Below, piece by piece: positions 29,642 through 42,061 of a stretch of DNA of 64,000 nucleotides. The position numbers and the translations under genes are program-made. The stretch is from an uncultured Gammaproteobacteria bacterium (GTDB taxonomy: Bacteria; Pseudomonadota; Gammaproteobacteria; CAWCPV01). Within the stretch, counting starts at the first letter, position 1; each line of letters starts with the position of its first letter. The notes beneath the pieces were generated by a model. That model searched no databases and was not told where the DNA came from. It saw nothing but the letters and a program-made list of their open reading frames with translations. The stretch is taken from assembly GCA_963797555.1 (NCBI GenBank), contig CAWCPV010000004.1:544001-608000 (forward strand), given 5' to 3'.

Positions 29642-30022
29642 GACAGCCTCCTTTCAAGCAGAGAGTGGGAAAGACCCACGCAAAGCTTGGCAGAGCAGTC
29701 ATGAGAGATCGCAAAACGTCAGGCGAAGATGAGGATCCGGCATAGCCGGTCGCATTACAGCGCCAAAATAGCGGAGCAGTTCAGCCAGAAACAATGCGAA
29801 AACGCCAAAAAAACCAAACCACCGCGTAAGCGGTTTAGTTCAACAGTGAGTGGACCTTAAAGTGCGGTGGTTAAACACGGACATTGGTCCGTCTATCCCG
29901 CAGACCGTGCCCCGGCCGCCAGACCCTCCGGTTTGCTTCCAACGGAGTGATGTGCTTGGACGAACAAGCGGTTGCATGACACTCGATCACTGACGAGGCC
30001 CGGCAAAGCAGGCGTCCCTTCC

Positions 30023-30053
30023 GGGGATAGGCGGACATTGTCCGTCTATCCTC
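30023..30053. repeat. Near-perfect palindrome, with a partial direct copy at 29878..29902
   Basis: ggataggcggaca-t-tgtccgtctatcc; cggacattggtccgtctatcccgca upstream. Confidence 0.7.
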
Positions 30054-30608
30054 GCACGCGTCCACGGGGAAGGTTGTTCCGCTCAGGACACGGCCTCCCA
30101 GCGCGGCCTGATGTCGTCGACCGCCTGGACGGTGCCGGGTCCTCTCATGGCCTCCCATGTGCCTCCCGGTGGTCTGGTCCGCCACCTTTTCGGCCGCCCT
30201 CCCCCGAGGAGGACCGGCTTGCCCGTGCAACCCCCCGGAGGGAGCGCTTGGCGCTCTAACGAAGTCTGACGAGCGCGAGACGGGCTGTCAAGGCGGGCGC
30301 GCGGTTTACCGGGCGGCCGACGCCCGGGCCATCGGGCACCGGCGGGCGCACCTCGCTGGCAACGGCGCGCGGCGGCCGAGCAGGATGTCGACGCGGCTCA
30401 TGCCGGTAAAGCACATTGACGTCGGCCCCCAGCCGCGGCGCAAGGGCCAGGTCGGGCCGTTCGGGTCCCTTGTGCGCCGCCGAGGACGCGCAGCCTCACG
30501 GGCGAGCGTCGGCGCCCAGCACTGTCTGAGCCCGGCGTCCCGCCGGATCGGCGGATGGCAGGTCAGCGAGCGCTGGCGCAGGCAGAAGCCGGCCCTCGCT
30601 AGGCCCTG

Positions 30609-33600
30609 TCACGCCGCCGCGCGCACCTGCGGGTGGGCGACCGGTTTGGCGTGCCTGTGGGCGATCCAGGTCTGGAACCTCTCCAGATACAGATAGATGA
30701 CCGGGGTGATGTAGAGGGTCAGCACCTGGGAGAACAGCAGCCCGCCCACCACCGCGAGACCCAGCGAGCGGCGCGTGTCTCGCTCCCGCCCCCAGGCCGA
30801 GCGCGATGGGCAGGCTGCCCATGAGGGCGGCCATGGTGGTCATCATGATGGGGCGGAAGCGGATCAGGCAGGCGTGGTAGATGGCCTGCAGCGGCGTCAT
30901 GCCTTCCCGGCGCTGTGCCTCGAGCGCGAAGTCGATCATCATGATGGCGTTCTTCTTGACGATGCCGACCAGCATGATGATGCCGACGAAGCCGTACATG
31001 TTGAGATCCAGGTGAAACAGACAGCGTCAACAGGGCGCCGAGGCCCGCGGAAGGCAGGCCGGAGAGCATGGTGAGGGGGTGCATGAAGCTCTCGTAGAGG
31101 ATGCCGAGCACCAGATAGATGACCAGGATGGCGATGAGCAGCAGCAGGCCCAGCCCTGGAGGGAGGCTTGGAAAGCCTGGGCGGCGCCCTGGAAGCTCGC
31201 GGTGAGCGTGGCGGGCAGGTTCAGTTCGCTCTTCGACCCGTTCGATCTGGTCGATGGCCTCGCCCAGGGACACGCCGGGCCTGAGGTTGAAGGAGAGCGT
31301 CACCGCGGGCAGTTGCCCGAGGTGGTTGACGGTCAGCGGGCCGGCGCCGCGGGTCATGCGCGCCACGGTGCTGAGGGGCACCAGCGCGCCGTTCGAGGAG
31401 CGCACGTAGAGCGGGACAGGGCCGAGGCATCGCGCTGGTATTCCGGCGCCAGCTCCAGGATCACCCAGTACTCGTTGCTCGGCGCGTAGATGGTGGACAC
31501 CTGGCGTGACCCGTAGGCGCTCTACAGCGCATTCTCGATCTGGCCGGGCGTGACGCCCAGCGCTGCGGCCTTGTCGCGGTCGATGTCCAGCGTTCACCTG
31601 CGGGTTGTTGATCTGCAGATCGGTGGTGACGTCCTGAAAGCCCGGCAGGGTGCGCAGCTTCGCCTCCAGGATCGGTGCCCATTCGGTACAGCTCGTCGGG
31701 GTCGGCGTCCTGCAGGGTGTACTGATACTGGCTCTTGGTGAGCTGGCCGCCGATGCGGATGGGCGGCAGGTTCTGCGAGATAGGCCTTGATGCCCGGCAC
31801 GGCGGCCAGCTTGGGGCGCAGCTCCTGGATAATCTCGTCGGCCGTCAGCTGCGCTCCCCGACACGGCTTGAGGCGGATGAAGAGCGGGCCGGTGTTGGCC
31901 GTGGCCGCGAGCCGCCGGCGCCGACCGACGGACATGAAGCCATGCACATTCGGGTCCGCGCGCGATGATCTCGGCCAGCGCCGCTGGTTTTTGCACCATG
32001 GCGTCGAAGGAGATGTCCTGCGCGCCCTCGGTGAAGACGACGATGTGCCCGGTGTCCTCGTTGGGCAGGAAGCCCTTGGGGATCGTCGCGAACAGGTACG
32101 CGGTCGGCGGCCACGATGCACGAGGAAGACTGACCATGGTGCGAGCGGCGATGGCGCAGCACCCAGCGCAGCGTCGATGTCATAGCCGCGCAGCATGCCG
32201 TCGAAGAAGCGCTTCGCTGGCGCGGTAAAGCCGGCCGTGGCGCACTCCGTGCTCGGGGCCGCAGGAAGCGGCTGCACAGCATGGGCGTGAGGGTCAGGGA
32301 CACGAAGCCGGAGATCAGGATCGCGGCGCATGATGGTGACGGCGAACTCGTGCAGCAGCCGGCCGAGGATGCCGCCCATGAACAGCACCGGGATGAACAC
32401 CGCCGCCAGCGACAGGGTCATGGACACGATGGTGAAGCCGACCTCGCGGGCGCCGTTCAGCGCGGCATGCGAGGCGGCGGCTCGCCGGCCTCCATGTGGC
32501 GCACGATGTTTTCCAGCATGACGATGGCGTCGTCCACCACGAAGCCGACGGACAGGGTCAGGGCCATCAGCGAAAGGTTGTCCAGGCTGAATCCGAGCAG
32601 GTACATGACGGCGAAGGTGCCGATGACCGACATGGGCAGCGCCAGGCTGGGGATGACGGTGGCGGAGAGCGTTGCGCAGGAACAGGAAGATGACCAGCAC
32701 CACCAGCGCCAGCGGCGAGCAGCAGGGTGAACTGCACGTCGTCCACGGATTCGCGGATGGACGCGGAGCGGTCGTAGAGAATGTTCAGGTCCACCGCCGC
32801 CGGGAGCTGCGGCGCGGAACGTGGGCAGCAGCTTCTTGATGGCGTCCACGACCTCGATGGTGTTGGTGCCGGGCTGGCGCTGGATGGCGAGCACGATGCC
32901 GCGCTCGTCGTTGTACCAGGCTGGCCACCTTGTTGTTCTCCACGCTGTCGATGACCCGTGCCGAGGTCGTCCAGGCGCACCGGGGCGCCGTTGCGGTAGG
33001 CGACGATGAGCGGGCGGTAGGCGGCGGCGTCCAGAGCTGGCCCTTGGCCTGGACGGTCGAAGGCTCGCTGCGGCCCGTCCAGGGTGCCGGTGGGCAGGTT
33101 GACGTTGTGCTGGTCGATGGCGTCGCTGCACCTCGTCGATGCCGATGCCGCGGGCGGCCAGCTGGTTGGGGTCGACCTGGATGCGCACCGCGTATTTCTG
33201 CGCGCCGAACACCTGCACCTGCGCCACGCCCGCTGATCATGGAGATGCGCTGGGCCAGCAGGGTTTCGGCATACTCGTCGACCGCCGACAGCGGCAGGGT
33301 GGGCGAGGTCAGCGCGAGGTAGAAGATCGGCAGGTCGGCGGGGTTGACCTTGCGGAAGGACGGCGGCGTCGGCATGGTCGGCGGCAGCTGCGCGCTGGGC
33401 CGGCGCGATGGCCGACTGCACGTCCTGGGCGGCGGCGTCGATGTTGCGGTCGAGGGTGAACTGCAGGGTGATCTGCGTGCTGCCCAGGGCGCTGGTCGAG
33501 GTCATGGAGTCCAGGCCGGCGATGGTCGAGAACTGCTTCTCCAGCGGCGTGGCCACCGCCGAGGCCATGGTTTCCGGGCTCGGCGCCGGGCAGGTGGCGG

Positions 33601-33743
33601 TGCACCTGGATGGTGGGGAAGTCCACGTTGGGCAGGTCGCTGACCGGCAGCGCGCGGTAGGCGATGACGCCGAACAGCAGGATCGCCGCCATGACCAGCG
33701 TGGTCATGACCGGACGGCGGATGAACAGCTCGGCGATGCTCAT
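30609..33743 (-). CDS. RND efflux permease (MdtB/MdtC/AcrB family), heavily frameshifted in this consensus
   Basis: [71 protein letters not shown]. Confidence 0.9.
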
Positions 33744-34880
33744 GAAACCCCCTGGCCCTCTTTGACGACCACCTTCGCCCCCGGCACCAGCCGGGATTGG
33801 CCGGTGGTGACCACGGTCTCGCCCGGATGCAGACCCTCGGCGATGACGGTCTCCTCGCCCTGGCTGCGGTCCACCCGCACATCGCGCATCTCGGCCGTGA
33901 GGTCGGGCTTGACGATGAACACGTACTGGCCCTTGGGGCCGGTCTGCACCGCCGCGGATGGAACGACCACGGCGTCGGGCTGCTCCTTCAGGGTGAGCGC
34001 CACGGCGGCGAACTGGCCCGGCCACAGCACGCGCCGAGTGTTGTCGAACAGGGCCTTGAGCCGGACTGTCCCGGTGCTGGAGTCCACGGCGTTGTCCACG
34101 AAGGCCAGCGTACCCGCGACGGGCGGAATCAGGGTGTTGGGAAGCGTGGCCTGGACCTTCAGCGCTCCAGCCGCTTGGCGGGTGCGCAGCTCGTCCAGGA
34201 AGTGCTCGGGGACCGAGAAGGTGACGTAGATGGGGTCGATCTGGTTGATCACGACCAGCGCGTTGGTGTCGTTCGCCTTCACCAGGTTGCCGAGCTGGAT
34301 GAGGATGCGGCCGGTGCGCCCGTCGATGGGCGAGCGGATGGTGGTGTAACCGAGCTGCACCTTGGCGTTCTCGACCGCCGCCTCTCCAGCGTGCACCGTG
34401 GCACCGGCGACCTCCACAGCAGTGCGCACCTGGTCGTACTGGTCCTGGGTCACCGCGTTTTTCTTGAGCAGGCCGAGATAGCGGCGCTCCTCGAATCCGG
34501 GCCTGGTCGAGCTGGGCCTTGTCGCGCAGCAGCTCGGCTTCGGCTTGGTGCAGCACTGCGGCGAAGGGTTTGGGGTCGATGTCGAACAACGGGTCGCCCT
34601 GGTGGACATCCTGCCCCTCGCGGAAGTGCACGGCGATGATCTGACCGTCGATCCGCGCCTTGATACCTACTGTGGCGTAGGCCTCGACATTTCCGAAGGC
34701 GCGGATCTCTACAGGCATGACCCTACGCTCCACGGCGGCGACGAGGATGGGGACGGGCGGGGCCGCCGCGTCCTTCTGGGGAGGCTCGGCCGAGCCTCCG
34801 GAGCAGGCGGTCAAGACGGTGAGGAGCGCGAGGGTGAGAAGGGGTACCGAACGCGGGCGGAAGTGGAGGACACTTCTCAA
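33740..34880 (-). CDS. RND membrane fusion protein (MdtA-like lipoprotein), frameshift near 34500
   Basis: LTAC lipobox, [37 protein letters not shown]. Confidence 0.9.
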
Positions 34881-35456
34881 TTGGGCGGGACCTTCCCGAG
34901 CCGAATGGCGTTTGTCGTCGTACCCATAGGGATGCTCGGGTCTTTCATCCGGTCATGCCGCGAGGCGTTCTGACAGGCGGTGCGCCGCGCGCATCCAGCC
35001 GCTCGACCGCACCCATGCGGTAGCGGCTCACACGCTTTGACTGGTTGGGCGTCGATTCATTCCCTGGCGGCAGTTTTGCCGCCAGGTCACGATATCCTAC
35101 GCTTTGCCATGGGCCGGCGGTGGAGCGTGTCTCGAGGGGCTTCGCGGACTGGCCCGTGGCGGGGTCGGACAAGGCTCCGAGGGGGTGCGGTAGGCGCGGG
35201 ATCTGCAGCGGGATGGACATCGAGCTGGCGACCGCAGGCCGAGGTCTCCGCGCCTTAGCATCGGAGGAGCAGAAAGCTTCCGCCGGCAGGCAGCGAGCAG
35301 CGGGTCGCGATGGTGCGAAACGCCATGAAGCAGTGCGAGGTGAGGCAAGAATCCCCGGCAGCCTGGCTCGGGTCGCTCCATGCCGGTCCGTCCGGTGCAG
35401 CGCCAATCCCGAAACGGCCCTCAGACAGGGAGATTCCGATGGCTGCAAGGAACGGC

Positions 35457-36491
35457 TTAGAGCGGCGGCGCCTCCGGCTCGACCCTGCGCCGGCGCCGCT
35501 GCTGTTCCAGATACATCACCAGCCACAGGGCGGTGCCGCCGGCCACGAGCAGGGTGAGGGTCGGTCCCAGGTGGCTGGCGATGTGCCAGAAGAACAGCGT
35601 GTAGCCCTGTATGATCAGGAACGTGACCCCGTAGGCACGCACCATGCGCAGGTCGAACACCGTCCCCAGGTAAACGAGAAGCGCGTTCCCGCCTGCCCAG
35701 AGCAGATTGAACAGCCACAGCTCCTCCGTTCCGGCGTGGTGTCCCCAGTCGCGCATATCGCCGAAGTTGCCGAACAGGGACATCAGCCATAGGGCCATTT
35801 CCCCGAAGAATAGACCCGCTGACAGCCACACCTTGAAGAACCCTCGATAGCGAGCGAGCGGACCGCCCTCCGCCAGGCGGTGCAGGAGCGCGATGGCGAC
35901 GATGACCAGGGCCGCCAGCAGGAAGCGCAGCGGGTAATTCATCCCGAACCAGTACGCACCCCAGCCTGACACGTAGCCGGTCTCACCCCCAAACCAAGTG
36001 AAGAATACGGCCGCGGACAGAACCAGCAGCAGGGCGTTATCGAGCAGGTAGGCGAGCGGCAGCAGGAGAAACAGGTCGACGAGCAGCAGTGCGGGCCAGT
36101 TGCCCGAGCCCGTAGAGTAGATCGCGCCCACGGTGAAGGTGAGCCCGATGAGAGCGAGGGCGCCCAGCAGTTCCAGCGCTCGCGGTGTCCAGACCGCACC
36201 GCGCCGCTTGGTCCACTGCCCGACGGCGAACAGCCCGAGCATCGCCACGGTGAGCGCGAACGCCAGCTTCGTCAGGGTGAAGTGGAAGATGTCGTGCAGG
36301 AAAATCGCTGCGCCCCCGGCAACGCTCAGGGCGCCGAACACCAGGAACCAACGCCCCAGGGAGCGCCAGTCCCAGCGGCGAGTGACGTAGCGGGCGCTGA
36401 GGGCCTCGTACGCAGCCGCGTCCAGCATGCCCTCCCGCAGGAGCTTGTCCAGCTCCCGACGCACCACGCGGTGGAAATAGGCCGGGCTCAC
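35457..36491 (-). CDS. DUF2157-like membrane protein
   Basis: N-terminal EL..L..EG.LD..AYEALSARY followed by many TM helices. Confidence 0.7.
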   Translation of the reverse strand: MSPAYFHRVVRRELDKLLREGMLDAAAYEALSARYVTRRWDWRSLGRWFLVFGALSVAGGAAIFLHDIFHFTLTKLAFALTVAMLGLFAVGQWTKRRGAVWTPRALELLGALALIGLTFTVGAIYSTGSGNWPALLLVDLFLLLPLAYLLDNALLLVLSAAVFFTWFGGETGYVSGWGAYWFGMNYPLRFLLAALVIVAIALLHRLAEGGPLARYRGFFKVWLSAGLFFGEMALWLMSLFGNFGDMRDWGHHAGTEELWLFNLLWAGGNALLVYLGTVFDLRMVRAYGVTFLIIQGYTLFFWHIASHLGPTLTLLVAGGTALWLVMYLEQQRRRRRVEPEAPPL

Positions 36492-37534
36492 AGGCCGTTT
36501 CCCGTGGCGGCCAGGCCGCTACGCTCGCGCCGTGCAAGCCGCTCGAAGACATAGCCCAGGGCCATGCCGATAGCACCGGCGACGACCAGGAAGGTCGCAG
36601 CGGAGACGCGGTCCCAGAAGTGCTCGAACAGCCGCGTATAGAGGTCGATGGCGAGGAAGATGACGCCGAAGCCGGTGAACCGGGCGTCTTTCAGCCGGGC
36701 ACCGGCCACGATCTGGGCGATTCCGGCCGCGGTGAAGGTGAGCACCCAGCCGAGCGCGCCCCGCGGCAGGGTGAGGATCCACAGCGAGAGGTCGAGATAC
36801 AGCAGGCCGAAGATTAGATACAGGTGCCCGAACCCGGCGTGGCGGCGCAAGCTTCCGGCCTCCAGCACCTCCTCGTGCCAGCGCCCCAGAAGGATGGTGA
36901 GCAGCGCCAGCACCGCCATGGCCCGCGCGTCCTGGATGGCGAACACGTACGTACCATGGCCGGCGTAGGCGTGCCATCTGCCGGCCCCGTGGAAGAAGAG
37001 CAGCAGGGCGAGCAGCAGCGGCCAGCGCAGACGGTAGCGGTAAGCGGTCGCCAGGGCCAGGATCCCGGTCGCGATCAGGAACCCCGGAAAGGCATCGGAG
37101 TACCGGGAGCCCCCGGCAGCGATGTAAAACACCGAGAGGGCGCCGTAGACGCCAATCAGCCCGACGGTGAGCAGCACCGAGCCGGCCACCGGAAACCTCC
37201 GGTTCGGGTCCGTGGCCATCTTCACCCCCGGCACCCACAGTGCCCCGGCCAGGACCGCCAGGAGCAGGCCGCCCAGGAAGGGCGATACGCTGGCGACGGC
37301 CAGCCCGACGGCGCTGAGCACGCCGGCTCCGAGCATGAAAAGGGCAAAGAATCCGAGCCACTTGAGCAGCAGCCGCTGGCGACCGCCGGGGACCGCGTAG
37401 CGCCCTGCGAGTGTCCGCGCCAGGTCGTCGCCGATTAATCCCTGGTGCGCCCACTCCGCCACCTCGCGGGCCAGGCGCTCGCATGTCTGCCGTCTCACGG
37501 GTTCATCCCCCCACTGGGCCGGCTTGCGAGGCAA
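36488..37534 (-). CDS. DUF2157-like membrane protein (paralogue)
   Basis: LAREVAEWAHQGLI..LAGRY, multi-TM; overlaps the next gene. Confidence 0.7.
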   Translation of the reverse strand: MPRKPAQWGDEPVRRQTCERLAREVAEWAHQGLIGDDLARTLAGRYAVPGGRQRLLLKWLGFFALFMLGAGVLSAVGLAVASVSPFLGGLLLAVLAGALWVPGVKMATDPNRRFPVAGSVLLTVGLIGVYGALSVFYIAAGGSRYSDAFPGFLIATGILALATAYRYRLRWPLLLALLLFFHGAGRWHAYAGHGTYVFAIQDARAMAVLALLTILLGRWHEEVLEAGSLRRHAGFGHLYLIFGLLYLDLSLWILTLPRGALGWVLTFTAAGIAQIVAGARLKDARFTGFGVIFLAIDLYTRLFEHFWDRVSAATFLVVAGAIGMALGYVFERLARRERSGLAATGNGL

Positions 37535-37804
37535 TGACCGTCCCGCCGGCTGCCCGACGCCGGCAGTATACGACCCCTGGTCTTGCGGGCAAGGCTTTTT
37601 CGGGCGCTCTTAGCCTCTGCAGGCGCCTGCGTCGGCCGTTCCCACGCCGAGGTGTGGCGCGTCGGGTCAACGGTACACGAGGAGCCGGCTCCTACCCGAG
37701 AGTCCCTGCCCCGGCTATCGTCGATGTGGCGTACCGAGTACGCGGCTGTTATAGTGCGCGCCGCTGTCAAGCCCCAGAAACACTAGATAGAGGAAGGAAC
37801 GACC

Positions 37805-37948
37805 ATGACCCTGCATTTCGGATTGGCACCGATAGTGGCCCTAGTAGCGGGCATTCTGATCCTGGTTCAGCCCAGGCTGTTGAACTACATCGTAGCGATC
37901 TACCTGATCGTCATCGGCGTCTTGGGCCTGGTGGGGCATTCCGTCTGA
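37805..37948 (+). CDS. DUF3096-family small membrane protein (47 aa, not in the ORF track)
   Basis: MTLHFGLAPIVALVAGILILVQPRLLNYIVAIYLIVIGVLGL; AGGAAGG RBS. Confidence 0.8.
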   Translation: MTLHFGLAPIVALVAGILILVQPRLLNYIVAIYLIVIGVLGLVGHSV

Positions 37949-38131
37949 CGGGATCCTCCGGGCACGCGGGCCGGCTTCGGGACGGAGCCGGCCAAACCCG
38001 ATTCTTGCGGCTCGGCCTGAGGTACGGGCGGGCTGCTCGCTGTACCGAAACCACTGCCCCGTTTGGCGCCGCGACCTGGCAGTCTGTGCCTCCTCCGTTC
38101 GGGAGCGCCGGGATCCCGGCGCGCGTCTCGC

Positions 38132-38963
38132 TCAGAGGATGGCTCCCCGCTCCGCCAAGGCATATTGCGCCAGGCGACCGGTAATGAACTCGTAAGCGTC
38201 GTCCACCGAGTCCGTGCGGTGGAACAGATCGAACGTCCTGCGGGTCTATGGTGCCGTGGCGGATCAGCGCGTCGAAATCGATCACCTCGTTCCAATAGGC
38301 GGTGCCGAACAGCACCACCGGCAGGTGCTTGCGGATCTTGCGGGTCTGGAGCAGCGTCAGGATCTCGAACAGCTCGTCCAGGGTGCCGAAGCCGCCGGGG
38401 AAGACGATCACCGCCTTCGCCAGGTAGGCGAACCAGAACTTGCGCATGAAGAAGTAGTGGAAGTGGAAGGACAGCTCGCGCGTGACATAGCGGTTGTCGA
38501 ACTTCTCGACCGGGATGGAGATGGTTAGCCCGACGTTCATGCCGCGGGCCTCGGACGCGCCGCGGTTCGCGGCTTCCATGATGCCAGGTCCGCCGCCGGT
38601 GCACACCACGAAGCGGCGCTCCTCGTCGTTCAGTTGCTTGGACCATTCGGTGAAGCGCCGAGCCAGTTCGCGGGCGGCCTCGTAGTGATGCGCCAGCTCG
38701 AGTCGCTGACGGGCTCGCGTGAGATCGCCTTCGCCCGCCTCGGCGGCTGTCAGCTCCTTCTCCGCCTGCTCCCGCGAGACGAGGCGCGCGGAGCCCATGA
38801 ACACGATAGTGTCGTCGACCCGATAGTGCTCGAACCGGCTTTGCGGCTCCAGGTACTCCGACAGGATGCGCAGGGCCCGCGCGCTGGCGCTGTTCAGGAA
38901 GCTCTCGTTCCGGTAGGCCTCGATGGCTCGTCGCCGTAGCTGTTCAGTATCGTTCTTGTCCAA
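38132..38963 (-). CDS. LOG-family nucleotide monophosphate nucleosidase; frameshift near the C-terminus
   Basis: VFMGSAR, CTGGGPGIMEAANRGA, FHYFFMRK, FPGGFGTLDELFE. Confidence 0.9.
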
Positions 38964-39291
38964 TCCTCGCTCCTCGATGGGTGCTCTAGGGGCCTGCGCG
39001 GCCGGCAACGTGCCCTCGCGGATCGACCCACGGACAGGCCGCTCAGCCGGGGGAGGGCATGGCCAGAACTTGGGCGTGCTGCACAGTGTAGACCGTTGTC
39101 CTCCCCGAACGGCAAGCGCTTCGGGGCTGTGCCCGCGAGCGGCCGGTCGCGGGGAGCCCGGCCGGTCGGCCTGCGGGCGTGACTGTCGGCGCATGGTGTC
39201 CTCAAAGGGCCGCCGCAGGCGAGTCGCCTGCGGCGGGTCGAAGGCCGTCCCAGACCTTGCGGTGTCCCTTAAGTCCTGATGATTTCGAGCG

Positions 39292-42061
39292 ATGAACCAC
39301 CGATACCCCTGCGCCGCGACCATTATGCCGTTCCACACCCGGCCCGCATTGCCGCCCTGCATAGGGTATGGGCCACTGCCGCACGCGGGGCGGCGTTGGG
39401 CGATCCTCGGCCTGCTGGTGGCGTTCTTGGGCGTGCCGGCGGGGGTTCGGGCCGCAGAGTCCTCCCTGGGGCCGGACGGCGACGTGCTGCGCGCGACGCT
39501 GAAGAACGGGCTCCGCGTCGTCGTCGTCCGTAGTCCCCTCGCCCCCGTCGCTGCCGTCGAGGTGAACTATCTGGCAGGCTCCAACGAGGCGCCCAAGGGG
39601 TTTCCCGGCATGGCCCACGCGCAGGAGCACATGATGTTCCGCGGCAGCCCCGGGCTTTCTTCGGCCCAGCTCGCCTATCTGAACGCCGTCATGGGGGGCA
39701 TGGCGAATGCCGACACCCAGCAGACTGTGACGCAGTACTTCAATACAGTTCCCGCGAAGGACTTGGAGGCCGCGCTGCGCATCGAGGCTATCCGCATGCG
39801 AGGCGTGTCGGACAGCGAGCACTCCTGGGACCAGGAGCGGGGCGCGATCGAGCAGGAGGTCGCCCAGGACCTGTCCAGTCCAGACTACGTCCTGTACACG
39901 AAGCTGCTGGCGGCCCTGTTCAGGGGCACGCCCTACGCCCATGACGCCCTTGGCACGCGCAAGTCCTTCGATAAGACCAGCGGGGCCATGCTCAAGGCTT
40001 TCCATGAACGGTGGTATGCGCCCAACAATGCCATCCTGGTGATCGTTGGGGACGTGGATTCCCACAACGTCCTTCGCCAGGTGCAGGAGCTGTTCGGATC
40101 GATCCCGGCAAAGAAAATCCGCGAACGGCCTTCGGTGCGGCTCCAGCCGGTGCGACCGGAGACCTTCCGTCTCAAGACCGACCGCGCCAATGGGATGGTC
40201 GTCGTTGCCTTCCGGCTGCCGGGCTACGACAGTCCGGACTACCCAGCCGCCAGGCTGCTCGCCGACGTGCTGGACAGCCAGCGCGGCGACCTCTATGCGC
40301 TGGTTGCAGACGGCAAGGCGCTGTCCAGCAGCGTCGAGGCCGATTTCCTCCCGCACGCCGGGTTGGGGTACGCGGCGGTCGAGTTCCCCAAGGGCGGAGA
40401 CCCAGCCCCGTTGCTCAAGCAGGTCGAGGGCATCCTGGCCCGCTACGCCGAACAGGGCTTGCCGCAGGATTTGGTGCTGGCCGCCAAACGCCGTGAGGTG
40501 ACGGAGCTGGAGCTGCAGAGGAACTCGATTCCCGACCTGGCCATGGCCTGGTCCCAGGCCCTCGCGGTGGAAGGCCGCCAGTCGCCGCAGGACGACATCG
40601 ACCTCATGAGCCGGGTTTCGGTGAAAGACGTGGATCGCGTGGCGCGCAAATACGTGGATCTTAGCGCCGCGGTACGGGCCATCCTCACCCCGGAGCCTTC
40701 GGGCAAGGCGGTCGCGGGCCAGGGGTTCGGCGGCGCGGAGTCGTTCACGCCGGAAGAGACCAAGGCCGTCGAGCTGCCGGCGTGGGCCAAGAACGTACTG
40801 GGGTCTCTCTCGGTGCCTGCCAGCAACGTGCACCCGGTGCAGGAGACATTGCCCAACGGGTTGCGGCTCATTATCCAGTCCGAATCCACGAGCGACACGG
40901 TGAGCGTTTACGGACGGGTACGGAACGAGCCTGCCCTCCAGACGCCGCCCGGCCAGGAAGGCGTCAGCGAGGTGCTGAGTGGCATGTTTAGCTACGGCAC
41001 CACGACGTTGGACCGGCTGGCCTTTCAGCGGGCCTTGGACGAGATCGGGGTGGACGAGTCCGCCGGTACGAGTTTCTCCGTGCTGGCACTGAGCGGCCAC
41101 TTCGAGCGCGCCGTCGAGCTGTTGGCTGACAACGAGCTGCATCCCGCCCTCCAGGAGAGCGCCTTCCGGATCGTGCGCAAGCAGGTGGCGGATCGGGTGG
41201 CCGGAGAGCCTCCAGAGTCCCCGCTACCTCACCAAGCGGGCGCTGACCAAGGCCCTGTACCCTCAGGGCGATCCCAAGATGCGCCAGGCAACCCCGAAAA
41301 CGGTCAAAGGGCTCAGCCTGGAGGACATGAGGCGCTACTATGGCCACGTGTACCGGCCGGACATGACCACCATCGTCGTTATCGGAAAGATCGACCCGGA
41401 TCGGGCCAAGAGCGTGTTGGCGAAGTACTTCGGCGACTGGAAGGCCAAGGGCCCCAAGCCGCAGACGGATCTGCCACCGGTGCCTCCCAACCAGCCGTCC
41501 GTGACGGCAGTGCCGGACAAGAGCCGAGTGCAGGATCGGGTGATTCTGGCGCAGACGCTAGGCATGAACCGATTCGATCCCGACTACTACGCCCTGCAGC
41601 TCGGGGACCACGTGCTGGGCGGCGGCTTCTATGCCACCAGGCTCTACCAGGACCTGCGCGAGCGCAAGGGGCTGGTCTACAGCGTGGGCACCGCCGTGGA
41701 TGCCGGCAGGACTCGCGCCCTGTACCTGGTGGAGTATGCCTGTGATCCGAAGAACGTTTCGCGGGCGCGCGCCATCGTCGAGCGTGACCTGAGGGACATG
41801 CAGAGCGCGCCGGTCTCCGCACATATGCTGCGGCAGGCCAAGGGGCTGCTGCTCACCGAGATCGCTCTCGCCGAGGCCAGCCTGGCGGAGATTGCGGACA
41901 GGCTGCTGTCCCGCGCCACCGTGGGCCTGCCCCTGGATGAGCCCACGGTGGCCGCCCGGCGCTACGTGGGCCTCACTTCGCAGGAGGTGAAAGCGGTCTT
42001 CGCCCGGCGGGTGCGCGTGACCAATCTGGTCCAGGTCACGCAGGGGCCGACCCCGCACTAG
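39292..42061 (+). CDS. M16 family zinc peptidase (two-module); frameshift near 41210
   Basis: TLKNGLRV, GMAHAQEHMMFRGS (HxxEH), WYAPNNA, second module TLPNGL, RERKGLVY; start uncertain. Confidence 0.9.

Larger units (their letters stand above)
27258..29844 (-). mobile_element. Cassette-like element copy 2 at the head of the attC array
   Basis: Begins GTTGAAC on the minus strand at 29844; near-identical to copy 1 with a few SNPs. Confidence 0.9.

Noticed and set aside
39202-41142. Long antisense ORFs (also 10456..12042, 12039..13685, 6234..8024)
   Set aside because: Shadow frames of well-supported genes in GC-rich DNA.
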